Source: Vicugna vicugna
Lineage: Eukaryota
Direction of reading: 5' to 3'
NCBI GenBank assembly: GCA_013265495.1
Contig: MU058844.1
Location: 7,377,260 to 7,441,259 of the forward strand
Length of the DNA: 64,000 nucleotides
Position 1 is the stretch's first letter. Every line of letters starts with the position of its first letter. The translations under genes and the position numbers were made by a program. The notes below the pieces were generated by a model. The model saw nothing but the letters and a program-made list of their open reading frames with translations, was not told the origin of the DNA and searched no databases. Of this stretch, positions 39,541 to 52,837 are shown piece after piece.

Positions 39541-42500
39541 AAATTAATGAAATATTACAATTATATATCAACCTTTTCTGTGTAGTTAGAGACCTTAAAC
39601 ATCTGGTTTTATGTGCATTAACTACATAATGATTTGATTTCAATTTTGCTGTGTGCCAAACAAAATAGAAACATATATTTTAGAGAAATTTTTTAGCCAA
39701 ACAACTGCTAATAGAAATGCTTGAATACATAATGAATATGATTTTAAACTGACAACACAAACAGTGAAGCAGATGGAAGGCACCATATTATTTTCAATAA
39801 ATTTAAAAAAGACTCCATAGTTACTTTTTATCAGAGGGCCTTAAATAGGATGTTGTGTGACTAATTGCCTCATTAATCACTAGGATATTACCTGTGATCT
39901 TCACTAGCGACTTTTTGTGCTGCTTTATCATCTTAAATAGAACATGTTTATTTACTTCTCAAGACAATTATTCAATTAAAAAAGACAACAGTGTTTGAGG
40001 CAATAAAAGTTCTACCACATATTTGTAGCACTGTATCCAGTGTGGTTAAAATAGATCTGTATCATTAAATCATTCTTAGTGATCATATCATGATGTAGCA
40101 ATTTATTAATTTGATAAGCTGAATTGATTACTTACTTATGAATCTTAATTTGCTGTCATTTATTAATATAGCTTCAATATTCACAATCTTAAGTCATAGT
40201 GATATGGGTTGTCATTATTTAGAACAAAATTATATTGTTTCCAATTATATTGTGCTTCTCCTGTTTCACGTCTACTCTCTTCTTCTTCTTTATGATAGCA
40301 TGTTTTTCTATGCCTATTATGTTCATTTCATTGTGTAATCTCTTCTCTTGTATTGCCTCATTTTAAAGACCCAAACTTACATGTGTCTATTAAATCTCCA
40401 AACCATCTTCAGTAAATTTCTATAAGCCATCTGTGCAGTAAAATACATTTGCCATATGGTATTATATTGTGCTCATATTTTATCTGAAAATTTTTTCTGG
40501 CTATTGAACATTTGTTAACATTTGATGGCAAATTATATAGATGAGACATTGTTTCTTTGTTTTATATCTTTATCATTCTAGTGGAAGATAGTATAATTAG
40601 ATGTTTGAGAGTCCTTAGAGATGGAAACACATGCCCCCTTATTCTGCCTTTCTTCTTAAGAGTTTATATTACTTGAAAAGCATATTATTTTTAGTAATTT
40701 TGATGTAGATTGGGAAGTCATTAAGCTGTCTTCTTGTTTTGGTACTTGTGCTTTAAAGTATAGTAAAAAATATAATTGTTGCCTATGTCTATAAAAACTC
40801 TATCTATATACACATTGACAGGAGGCTTTAACATACATTAAAAAGGTACCCAACCAGTTTGTCCATTTATCCACCCTTTGTCCATATGGCTAGCCATTTA
40901 ATTTAGGGGTTGGTAAATTATATTTTCTAAAATCATGACTAAAAGACCTTTATTGTTTATTATACTGTTCCAAGTATTCTTGGGAGAAATCTCTTAAGGG
41001 CATGTAAAACTATAAACTACATTGTAGCTGCTTAATTAAAATGATCATTATAGGTTTTGTCTATGCCACATCTATACTAGTTTTGGTTATTATCATTTTC
41101 TACTACTAAGTGATATTCTTAATATCTTATGCTCCCATTCACTATAATGACTTCTCAGATGTTATAATCATGATCTTTAACACATCTGCATTAAGTGGAC
41201 TATATCAGGGTGAAACTGAATTAAATGAGGTCTGTTTTGGGGCATTTGATTAACCATTTGATCATGTTGTTGCTTATATACTCTGGTATAAGTATCTTCA
41301 ATTTATTTGCTATTTCTGTCTTTTAAACCTCTATCTATAACCTTTTCCTTGTGATTTTTACCACTCCTAGGTCATAGAACCCTTTCCATGACAAATAATT
41401 AGATACAGTCATTCACATCTTAGACACTTAGGCAACATAAGCCACAGAAGAGAGTTCTTTCTTGGCAAAGATGGAAAATACAGAGAAAAAAATGAATTAC
41501 TCATCCATTTTTGTTTTTCTTCCTATCATGGGCTAAGCAGTTATTTTACTTTTTCTAAATAAAATAAACAACTTAATGTAAAGACATGAAAATTGATAGA
41601 CTTAAAACTTTTAGAAAATGATATGAAACTGAAAAAGATTGTGTAAAAATTCTATTCTAAACCTATTGAAGATACACCTGACCGTCATTCTCTTTTTCAT
41701 CATTCTCTTTTTCATCTTTTCTTGTATATTGCTGCCTAATAAACTTTTTCTAATCAAAATTATATTAGAATATTATATGCCTACCATGTACTGGCATGAC
41801 ACTAATTAAAACAATCCTAAAAAATATAAATATTGTTTTAATTAATTTCACTAAGTTTATTGTAAAAACTTGAAAACAACAGAAAGGTAGAATAAAGTAG
41901 GGAAAAATTTAGATAAACACTACTAATCAAATTGAACCACTGTTATCACAGTTATAATTTTCTCACTTTATTTCATTTTCTATGTATTTAATTGTATATA
42001 AACTGGATATTTTAGTATTTTCCACTTATCATTAAAATGTTGGTTTTATCCCATGTCCTTAAAACTGAAGTATGAATTCTAGTAGCTACATAGTAGCTAT
42101 TAAATAAATAAGCTATAATTTCCTTAAATAACCCATGGTTAAGCTTATTTTTTTCACTATTTTACCATCACAAGTAATTACATAATGAAAATGAGTTCAC
42201 ATATATCTTTGCTTGTGATTTACATTCTTTTATAAGAATTTATAACTAGAAGTAGTATCACTGGGACAACATACTATCAGTGATTATAAGGTTCTTGATA
42301 TATGTTAATATAATACTTCAAGACTTTTACAAAATCCATACGGTCAACTTATTGCTAATTTTCCCCAGACATTAATTTAGAAAATATTTCTCTGTCACAT
42401 ACCCCTTCACCTCAGATTTGGTTGAATATTTCATGAGCAGCTATTTGTGAATGGGAACAATTCAAAATAATGTTTATTTCAAGGAAAAAAGTCAGTTACC

Positions 42501-42577
42501 CAGGAATTATTTACATAAGTTAATTTTTCCCGTTTGACTAGATGTTTTTATTTTTCAATTATTAAAGTTGGTTTTTT

Positions 42578-43333
42578 GGTTAACAGTTTTAAAGTAAAAT
42601 AATTCACATATCATACAATTTACTTATTTAACATGCACAATTCAGTGGTTTTAAGTACATTCATAGTGTTGTGCAACCAATATCACAATCAGTAAAATAT
42701 TTTCACTACCCCAACGAGAAACCCCATACCCTTAAACAGTCATTTCCCTCAAGCTTCAACTAGCCCTTGGCAACCACTATTACATTTTCTGTCTCTAGAG
42801 ATGGGCTTGTTCTGTGTATTTCACATAGATGGAATCATATGCTATATTGTGACTGGCTTCTTTCACTTAAAATCTTTTGAAGGTTCATCCATATTACAGC
42901 ATATATCAGTACTTCATTACTTTTTATTGCCAAATAATGTTCCTTTATAGAGATACACCACATTTATTTATCCCTTTATCAGTTGATGAACATTTGGAGG
43001 TTTTCTACTTTTTGACTACTAGTATAATGCTTCTATGGATATTCCTGTACAATTTTCTGGATGGAAATATGTTTTCATTTTACATGGGATATACCTAGTA
43101 GTGAAATTGCAGGGTCATATGATTACTCTATGTTTAGACTTTTAAAGAGATGTTAGTTTTCAAAGTGGCTGTACCATTTTATATTCTCACCAGCAGGATA
43201 TGAGGGTGCCCATTTCTTTACATCCTTGCCAAGACTTGTTATAATCTGTGTTTTTTGTTTTTGATATAGACATTCTAGTGAGTGTCAAATGGTACCTCAT
43301 TGTGATTTGGTTTGCATTTTCCTGATGGCTAAA
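42578..43333 (-). mobile_element. L1MB-type 3' end
   Basis: 'aattcacatatcatacaatttac...gcccttggcaaccact...gactggcttctttcactta...ggctgtaccattttatattctcaccagca...gtttgcattttcctgatggctaa'. Confidence 0.9.
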
Positions 43334-43560
43334 AAGTTGTTTTTAAAGTTTATATTCTATAACTAAGATATTTGTTTTGCTACACTTATATATCTTTCCT
43401 TATATTTTTGATTAATTACTTAAGTCTTTAATATATTTTAACATTTATTTCCAATTTCTAGTATAACCCTTCTTTTAGAAACCTTTTTTGTGTATATATC
43501 TTTGTTTCTTAATCATGCTAAAGATTAGAACTATATCTTATGATTTAAAAAACACAATTG

Positions 43561-43900
43561 TCAATTCTACTTCTTCATATTTATCAAAAAAAAAAGTTAA
43601 AGCAGGGACTCAGAGATATTTGTACACCCATGTTAGTGAAGCATTCTTCACAATAGCCAAAAGGTGGAATCAACCCAAGTGTCCATCAACTGATGAATGG
43701 ATAAAGAAACAGGGTATACACATACAAAGTTTCAGTTGAAGAATACATAAAAGTTTTGGAGATGAATGGTGGTGATGATTGTACAACAATGTGAATGAAC
43801 TTAATGCTGTAGAACTGAAATGAACTAAAACACCTAAGAATGATTAAAGTGGTAAAATTTGTTATATATATATATATCTTACCACAATAAACAAAATTAA
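43561..43900 (+). mobile_element. L1MB-type 3' end, internally deleted, with a 15-bp TSD
   Basis: 'tcacaatagccaaaaggtggaatcaacccaagtgtccatcaactgatgaatggataaa'; identical taaaaaacacaattg at 43546-43560 and 43901-43915. Confidence 0.9.
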
Positions 43901-44539
43901 TAAAAAACACAATTGGAAATTTCAGTAAAATTTAATGAAAGCAATAATTTAAGAATAAAAGTTGACATCTTGTAAAATTTAGTTTTCTTACTAAGGAAAA
44001 TTTAATATCACTTGACATTAAATGTTACTTTAGTTTCATTACTGATGTTTTGTAGTAGTTTTCCTAAGATGTCTCTTACTAATCTATTCTGATTTCTTTT
44101 ACACTTATATTACTAATATAAATAATATGTTAAAATATAGTTCTTCATGGTCTATTGATGGTATAAGTAAAAGATGATTCTTGTCTGACTCATTAATTCT
44201 TATATTTTAAACTTATACACCTTGAATTGTTGAAGCTTGCTTATTCAAGAAAATTCTTAATGTTCTATGGTCATCAACTGAAAAGTGTAGTTAAAACAAC
44301 AGATCTTGACGATAATACACTTATATCTAAATGGTTTAATTAAAACATATACATGGGCACTTACTCACCACTCCTTCTGATAAGGCAAGGGCCATCTTTC
44401 TGACCATGGATCTGCCTATTCGAGTTTTGGAGTCTTTCTTACCTAAATTGTAATTAATCACTTGTTTTTATTTTAGTGTGGTGGTTTAACACCATCCAGC
44501 CATGGTGACAAAAATCATTCTAGATGCATGATCATTAAG

Positions 44540-45220
44540 CTCAAGTCAGTCTTTTGTGCTGCCCGAGAGTCCTGTAACACTGCCCGATCCAATCACTTTG
44601 CCACTCTCTCAAATAACTTCTCTTTCCTGACATCCAGTATTTCCTTTCTCATCAACGCTTCTAAGTGATGACCGCACTTTCTTTTTTATTGAGAAGTAAA
44701 GAAGAGACAGTTATTTGCGTTTCCACTACCACATCTACCAATTTCTTTCCATAGAGCTCTCTTCTTTGTGTGCAAACTTAATTTTACAAGATGCCAACAA
44801 TTTTTCTCAAATTAATTCTTTTCATGAAATTCTATTGACATTTCCAGTTGTGTTTATATTCTGGTAAAATAGACATAGAAATGTACCTTCATCTTTTTCC
44901 CTGTACCTATGGAATGAATAAGCTCTCCATTCCTTTATCTAAGACCAAACTTTTCACATGTGCACCAGATCTCTCTTGCTTATTCAAGAACATCTCTTCA
45001 GCAGTTTTCCCTACTCTAACTCAAATCATTCACTTTTCCTCTCCATTGGTTCATTCCTGTGAGCATATGAACCGTTTGTTATTTCTTTAATCCTACAAAG
45101 ACTTTCCTTTAGCCTCACATTCTTCTGCAACTACCAGCACCTTTTTTTGGTGGTTGTTCCTGTTTAGACAAAACAAACAAACAAAACAAAATGACTGAGT
45201 TGTTGTATATGCCGGTTTCC
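44540..45220 (+). mobile_element. L2 ORF-region fragment
   Basis: 'cactttcttttttattgagaa...ttccactaccacatctacc...tatctaagaccaaac...cacatgtgcaccagatc...tcacttttcctctccattggttcattcc'. Confidence 0.65.
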
Positions 45221-48200
45221 AATCCAGGGCCAACTTTTGTACCTGATTTTTATATCTGATAAACTCCTTTTAATTAACATTAAGTTTTTTAAAAATGTAA
45301 ATAACTATTGAAGAGACAAGTCTAATTATTCTACAAAAATCTACATCTTTTTACCTTTCTAAAATTTAGTAAAGATGTGAACATGCAACTAGGTGACTTC
45401 TTCGAGCAAGCCTTTTTCACTATTTTGTCCCTAAAAATAAATTCTACTTGACATTTAGAAATTCTTTTGGTAAATGTGGGTCCTATCTTTTTCGTTCTCA
45501 TAGTTGGTGGGCAGCTTCCGTGGGGCAGGGGAGAATGATGATAAATGAAATGTTGATAACTTTTCTAGGCATATGTCAGTGGATCAACAGAAAAATCAGC
45601 TTAGCCATTTGGATATTTACTCTTTAAGGTGTGCTTTTTAATTTGTGTAAAAAATAAAGATTTTTCTTTTCTTCGCAATATTACAGTCAAGGACAATTCT
45701 CTTGCTAATTCTGTGGTTTTGACCTCGTAGCCTCTTAGTTAGTGTACAGTGAATATGGACTAATAACATGCAGACCTTTGAGAACTGAAGCTCAAAAGAC
45801 ACATCTGGTCGTCAGAAGAGAGTATAGTAAGCCAGTAGCAAATAGTCACATTTAGATGATACCATCTGCTTTAGCAGAACTAATAGAGGAAAGAAAAGAG
45901 CTAATTTGAAGTAAATGACACATAAGTGGGTTACGGATTCAAAGAGAATGGGGGGAGGGATGTCACTCGCCCATGTTTGGTTCAGTTTAATATGTGGGCA
46001 GTGACACTGATGATCTGAGTGATGTGTGCATTTCTTGATCAAGTTCAAGAGCATTTCAACTGATAAACATCTCAGGAGAAATCAAACCTTTGGGAAAAGT
46101 AATTATGACTATTAGTACGAGCCAAGAAATTTGGGACTTTAGAACAATCAACTTATCTAGATTGGGGGGGGTAGTTATTTCTTCTTTCTTATTTTTAATA
46201 TTTTGACGTTTTGAATAGTTCTGCTAGGAAGAGGAGCTGATTTTTTTTAAACACTTTTATTGTGTTATGGTTCCTGTACCGTAAACTACGCATATTTAAT
46301 AAATCAATCTTCTGGTCAAGTATGCTTAGAAAATAATTAGTACTTTTTCTAAGACGATGATGTTCAAAATTGCCATCCATTTTCTTTGGAAAGTATGTGA
46401 AAATTTTGCAGAATTTTTCTGACATATACAAAATTTCAAGTAGCAGGGAATATTTTGTTTTCCTGAAAATTGTCTGAGTGTTGACCCAGCCCCATTTTGA
46501 CTCAGTCTAGCTGTTTAAGTTTCTTTAAAAATGAGATACAAGATGTGCAATTTGAGGTAGGTTAGCAGAAGCTCCTATGTGACTTAAAAGAGAAATGGAT
46601 CATGGAGTACCTTGGATAGAATATAAAGTTTGAAGTGTTGCCTTCTTGAACATTCTTTTGACAGTTTCTCCAGTGAACAATTTTATTTGGAGCTTAGGAA
46701 ACGAAAGATCAGCTAAACTTTGCTGGTTCTGCAACAGTAATATTTAGGCCTCAATATTCTTAGAGCTGTAAGAGTCAATGAAAGTGTCAAGGGATTGCAC
46801 ATATTTTTGAGAACATCAAAAGAAATGGCAAGAAAGCCCCTGGCATTGTTACAGCGCTGTTTGACACTGAGGTAGCATTGGCTGCAGCTTCTTACTTGCA
46901 TATAATTATATATATTAACAACTCACAGTACTAGATCCCTAGTATTAGGGCTCTGACAATAAGAAGATTAGAATTGATTATTTTTTTTTCTCTTCTACTA
47001 GCAATTAACCATTCATTCTTTGTCTTCTTGCTTTATATCATGAAATTGTCTCTGGATATCATTCCCTTAATCAGTGCAGAAATATGATAATCTAGCAGTT
47101 AGAGACCTATGCTAAGTGCATGTTTTATGCCATGATCCATGCACACTAGCAAAAAAGAAAGTCCCCTAACCATTTCACTCCTAAAGACATTTTAGTCTCA
47201 ACTTATTTTTAGGGAACATATGGATATGTAAGAAGCACTTTGATACTGTCTCAAAGTATACATGGTTTTTTTCTTTCTTTTGCATTTCTCTCTAGAATCA
47301 AGTGCATTGCCTGGCCCAGAGTTGGCACATTTTGATGTGTAGTTTAGTCTTACTTTGCTTTTTATTTAATGTAATTTCATTCAAAAGTGTTATTCATTTG
47401 GCCTTTTTTATACTAGTGTGTTGTAGATTTTTTTTTCTCAGTACCTATTTTAATAGAACTTATTCTTCACAGATGGAGGAATATCATGTCTTTGAAACAA
47501 TGTGTTACTCAATGGATCTAAAATGCTGTAAAGGCAATTATGTCTCTCTGATTTATAAAGATTTAAATTTGGTGAGCATATGTAAAAGCACATAAAACCA
47601 CTGTAAAAACATACAGGCAGAAACTGGAAAATACTCACAGTTACTTTAGAGGACAGAAAGGACTATTTGTAACATTTTGAGCTTATAGAATATTTGTGGA
47701 GATAGGTCCGAATTTTGAACTTGTATATATGTGACTTTCAAGGGCAACTTATCAAACTAGGTATTTTGTACATTTTTTTCTTCTATTGGTGTGTCTGGCA
47801 ATAATTTTTCCCTAGCTTTTTAGTGTCTCTAAAAATATATCTTGAGATTTTCAAAATACATGAAAGCGGATTCCCAGCCAGTTCCTCACTTGAGCATATT
47901 TGCAGTGGTGGTATGATTCTAAAAATAATATTTATGTTTAATGTATCCTGCTTTGAGATTTGTATAAGAGGTTTTATAGCTCTGTGAGTTGTTAGCATAT
48001 ATGATTATATAAATTTAAAAAGCTGCAGCCAATGCTAAATAAATGTCAGCGTGGTTGTGAGGGAAACATGTAATCATTCACATCAGCTACCAAGTCTAAA
48101 CATTGTATAAATATGGTAAAACCTTCAAGATCTGCTCCTGATAAAGAAGACTGGATTTTGCAGCTACAGATTCTGCAGAGGCCAAAATAAAGGACCCAAC

Positions 48201-48615
48201 TAACTTTCCCGGATTTGTGTAGCTTTGGCAATCTCAAGAAGTCAACTTGTAAATATATAGAAAATTAAACCCAAATGAATCTTGAAAAGTAAAACAATAG
48301 TTTCATACACTTAGCAAAAACTGAAGTGCCTCACAGATTCTTTTGATGCCGTACATTTTCATGCGTAGCACTGTCATGGCCATTTTTTTCCCTCATTTCT
48401 ATTCATTCCTTTTGATGGTAAGGTTTTCCTCTTCAATCTCAAATCTTAATTATAGACAAGTAGAACTCATTACCATTCCTAAAAAATAGGGTGTCATAAT
48501 TATTGTTAAACTTAAAAACTGACTTGTTCATTCAATTCACCATACCAAAAAAATAGATTTCTTTTGTTGTTGATGCTAAATTTTTTTGTTTCATTTTTAC
48601 TTGTTTGCTCTACTG

Positions 48616-48808
48616 CAGAATTTCTCAAGCTTGGGACTATTGGTGTTTGGAATCAAATATTTATTGTGTCAGTCAGTCTTAGGCATTATAAAATATTTTG
48701 CAGCATCCCTGGTCTTTACTCAATAGATACCAGTCTCACACAGCGTGACAATCAGAAAGTGTCTCTAGACATTGCCAGTGGTCACCCAATAGGCATTGAG
48801 AACCAACG
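48616..48808. mobile_element. MER20 (hAT-Charlie)
   Basis: Termini 'cagaatttctcaa' and 'ttgagaaccaacg'; 'gcagcatccctggtcttt...tgtctctagacattgcca'. Confidence 0.85.
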
Positions 48809-50139
48809 ATCCACAGGATTGCTTGAGAATTTGTGGACTTCTAATATTAGAGAGGAGTATAAAGGGAATATAAACACAGCATTTTATTTTACAGTAGAAA
48901 ACACAATCCAAAAAATAAGAAAATCAAATCACTGTAGCAGTTGTCACATAGCCACAGTACTGACATGTTCTAAACAAATAACTAGCACAGGTAACTTCCT
49001 AAGCAGAAGCACTTACTGGGACACAAGATACTTGAAATCTAGATCTTCCTAGCATGGCAAACATGTGCGGCTTTGTTTCTTTCTGTCTTGGGAGAGTGGT
49101 GGGGTACTTTCCCTTACTCTACCATTTTTTGTCCATTTATGATTTGCTGCTGCCTCACCTTAGCTACTTAATATTCTATTTTCATGATAAATGTGCAGCA
49201 TAGTATGGCATTTTAGTAGGCTATTGATGCAGAAACATCAAAAAATGAACTCACTTTTACATCTCAATTATTAGCTTTGAGATATTTTATTATGTAAAAG
49301 TTTGTACTATATGCTAATACTGGTAAAAATATTAAACAATGTAAAAAAACTACATTTCTGTGGTGACGATAACAGAGGATTAGTTGATTTATCTGTTGAG
49401 AGACATGGATTAATAAAATCATGTTTCCATGACAACAATGAGTCCCCTTTGCCCCAACAGCTGCGGTTTTAATTATAGCTTACATTCTCCTAGTAATAAC
49501 TGTTCACTATTTCCTCACTGTTTTCTGTACTGAATGTTTTTCTTGGTGCCTTAGCCATTAAAACTGCAGTCTACAAAGGCTGAATGTCAGGTTAATGCAT
49601 GTTAAAGCTGAATTTATCTCTTAGATACTACACCTTGACAACACTAGAAAGAGTGACATTAAGTGAAACCACATGGATAGTTTCTAAATGTAGAGGTCTC
49701 TCTATGTATAGCATTATTATTGAGATCTCAGTATTTCTTTGTTGCTTCCATTGAGCAATAATAAAATAAGAATTAAATGCATTATAATGTGATTTTAATG
49801 GTGTATACTTCAGACTATCAAGAAAAGCTTTACAAAAATATTTAGAGAAATTTTTGCTTTAAGTTAAAAAATTAATATATATATATTTTGGTAGAATGTG
49901 TCTTTGGATGACCTCCTAGTTTGTGTCTCCATTATTTTGTTACTAGTCCTCCTCAGCATTTTCACATGTCACCCTGTCACCCAGGACTTCACAGCTTTGT
50001 TCCAGGTATGCTGTTGTTCTCCCAGCGTCAAGAGTTTGAACCTGTGAGCACCATCTAGACTTGCATGCATCCCCTTCCCCCACTTCAGTGCCTCGTTATC
50101 AGTGTGTCCTACTAGGTTCAAGTCCAACAGTAGTAAGTC

Positions 50140-50278
50140 CAAGTACTGTTGGGTGCTTTCACAGGTCATCTCACCTCATCACATCAGCCTGTAAGCTAGT
50201 TGGTGCCACTTTCAATTTGAAGATGATGAAACTGAAGCTTTGAGAGCTTTGAGTCACCTGCTCATGGACACACAGCCA
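50140..50278 (-). mobile_element. MIR
   Basis: 'gtgctttcaca...agatgatgaaactgaagctttgagag...cacctgctcatggacacacagc'. Confidence 0.7.
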
Positions 50279-51875
50279 TTTCCTCTGTGCCTTTCAAAGT
50301 TTGACTCATCCATCTGATAAATTCAGTTTCACCAATGTGACCACTAAAGGACCACTGTTACCCTTTTGGTAGAAATATTTTTCAGAGGCTCTTTTAAAAT
50401 ACTCTGACACAGGTTTTGTTTAACCAAAAAGGAAAATAATGTTACTAATCTCAGGTCAAGTGAGAAGCACTCTGGCTATGAGACACAAAGAATAGTTATT
50501 TTTAAATCACAAATCTTCTCAGCGTTTTGCAAAAAGTTTTACTTATGTGTTGTGATGCTAATGGCAGTTTAACTCAGAAAGATGTTTGCAATATTTTAAA
50601 ACAAATTTCATGGCATTACAATTAGAATGGCATGTTCTAAAAAAAAGTACTTGCAATTTTTGAATCCTTGATAAACCAAATTAGCTTTGAACTATATAAG
50701 AGGCGTATTTAATAATTAAGGATCCACTTTGTCCTTGACTTTTTTTCCTGGAAAACTCAGCCCTTGGAGGTACATCATAAAGTATGAATAGATACGAAAA
50801 ATGTAATTTTAAAGTAGAAATGAAGTAAGGCCTCTGCCTAGAAGGTGGCTTGTCTAGATTTATTATTCAGATAGTAAAAAAAGCATTGAGAGTACAAAAA
50901 AGAAAAAATCTGATTTTTAAGTCTCTCTCTTGGGGATGAATAAAATGTTGATGCCCCTACAAAAGGATAGTAGTGAGAATGTTCATCTTATACATTGTTA
51001 ATTGTTTTAAATCAATGCAGGTATTTGGGGGAACTATAGACTTTTATGTAATATCCTTACTAGATTTTCAAATTTGTGAAGTAACAATACAGGTTGTAGA
51101 ATTAGGAGCCTTGTCCAGTAATAAATTCTGTTCCTTTTAAAGAAATGAAACCCCAAAGCATAAGGATAAAGAGTTAAAAATTCTTTTATCCAAGGGCATG
51201 ATAACCTTCATGTCAATTACAATTCTTTGGGGGTAAAAATTTTTTAAAGATATCTAAATGGTCTTTAAAATTCTTCTCTGTCTAAATATATTAGTGACCT
51301 TAAACACAGATTACTGAAATGGACACCAGAACATTTTTATGGTTGGTAAATATTCTAAACTGATGTAAGAAGAAAAAGATGTTTAAGTGTATTAGAAGAA
51401 AGTATATTAGTCAGTTTCACTAATTACCATACTTTTCAGGTAAGCCACTGCAAGTCATGATTTCTCAGAAGGCCTTACCAAGAAGTGCAAAATAAGAATA
51501 GTAAATTTCACGTTATCAAGTTAGTGTACAAATAAATTCTACAATGGCATTAATAGAATAGACCATAAGAAAGCAGCCTAAAACACACTGCACAAGTCCA
51601 GTGAATTCCATTCCAGGAAGTGTTTGAATTATGGGTACAAAAATGTATCAAATAATTCAAACACTTCTGCACAGTGAGGTGACTTTCCAAGGACTAACCA
51701 AACTATTGGTAGTCAATCTCAAATTGAAAATTTTTTCTGTCCCATCAAAACTAAATCAGATGCTATAAAACTCTTATTTACCCAAAAGCGTATCCAAAGA
51801 AATACAGAACTGGGCACATAGAAAGATAATGGCATAAAGTAGAGGGGCTTGACCCAGGGTTAGAAAACCCATAGA

Positions 51876-51880
<5 letters not shown>

Positions 51881-51910
<30 letters not shown>
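51881..51910. repeat. (TG)15 microsatellite
   Basis: Read directly from sequence. Confidence 0.95.
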
Positions 51911-51911
<1 letters not shown>

Positions 51912-52114
51912 TAATAAGCAGATATACAGGCATTTTCAGAGCTACTGAAAAAGAAGAGCTTATATTCCAATATTACATGAATGTATAAATCAATTACAGA
52001 CAGAGAAATAGTATTCAAGGCTCTTTTAAAAAACAATATTGAAGGACTGACATGATAGTGAAACAGAATAATTTGCAATTGATATTAGAACTTATGCTAT
52101 AATTTCTATATCCC

Positions 52115-52212
52115 TGCACCTCCTAGATTCAGGCAACCACTGATCTGCTTTCTGTCACTAATAGATTGACTGCTTTGCATTTTCTGGAATTTGATACAAA
52201 TATAATCATATC
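52115..52212 (-). mobile_element. L1M 3' fragment
   Basis: 'caggcaaccactgatctgctttctgtcact...tttgcattttctggaattt...ataatcata'. Confidence 0.7.
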
Positions 52213-52493
52213 TCATAATCTTTTTCAAGAATTATTTTGATGTAGACTAGAGTGGACGTAGGTTTGTGCATGATGTCAAGATAGACTGCAAAAAAGAAAA
52301 TCTGATGGCAAACAAGAGAGTGATGTGGTGATACTACCTGGATAAAAATTCCTGCAATTCTCTGGAAAGGAGGAATTACTATCAGAACAACATTGTGTAT
52401 TATTTTTACCTTGTTTTTAAATATTCTTATATCCTTTAGTTATATACTTAAATATATGTATTTTCATTTGTACAGTGTAGGTTCATAGGTCCT

Positions 52494-52837
52494 TGTGTTA
52501 GTTTGGTAGAACTGCCGTAACAAAGTAGCAGAGACTGAGTGGCTTAAATGACCGGAATTTAGTTCTGGAGGCTGGAAGTCTGAGATCAAAGTGTCGGCAG
52601 GTGTGGTTTCTTCTGAGCCTCTCTCCTTGGCTTGCAGACGGCCGCTTTCTCCCTGTGTCCTCATACTGCCTTTCCTCTTTCTGTGTGTCTGTAACCTGTT
52701 CCCTTCTTTAACGACATATTGAATTAGTTCCCACCCATATCTTCAAATACAGTCCTGATCTGGGAGTTAGCAGTTCAAGGACTCGGAGTTAGGACTTCAA
52801 CATACGAGTTTTGTGGGACACAATTTAGTCCATAAAA
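52494..52837 (-). mobile_element. MLT1A-type MaLR solo LTR with a 5-bp TSD
   Basis: 'agttctggaggctggaagtctgagatcaaagtgtcggcagg...ttaggacttcaacatacga...gggacacaatttagtccataa'; gtcct at 52489-52493 and 52838-52842. Confidence 0.9.

Noticed and set aside
41686..41715. 15-bp direct tandem duplication (cattctctttttcat x2)
   Set aside because: Ordinary slippage duplication in low-complexity DNA
46000..46030. C/D box snoRNA (TGATGA and CTGA)
   Set aside because: The boxes are nearly adjacent, with no snoRNA-length spacing or terminal stem
48564..49052. Longest ORF in the track (162 aa)
   Set aside because: Non-ATG start, runs through a MER20 element, no recognisable protein
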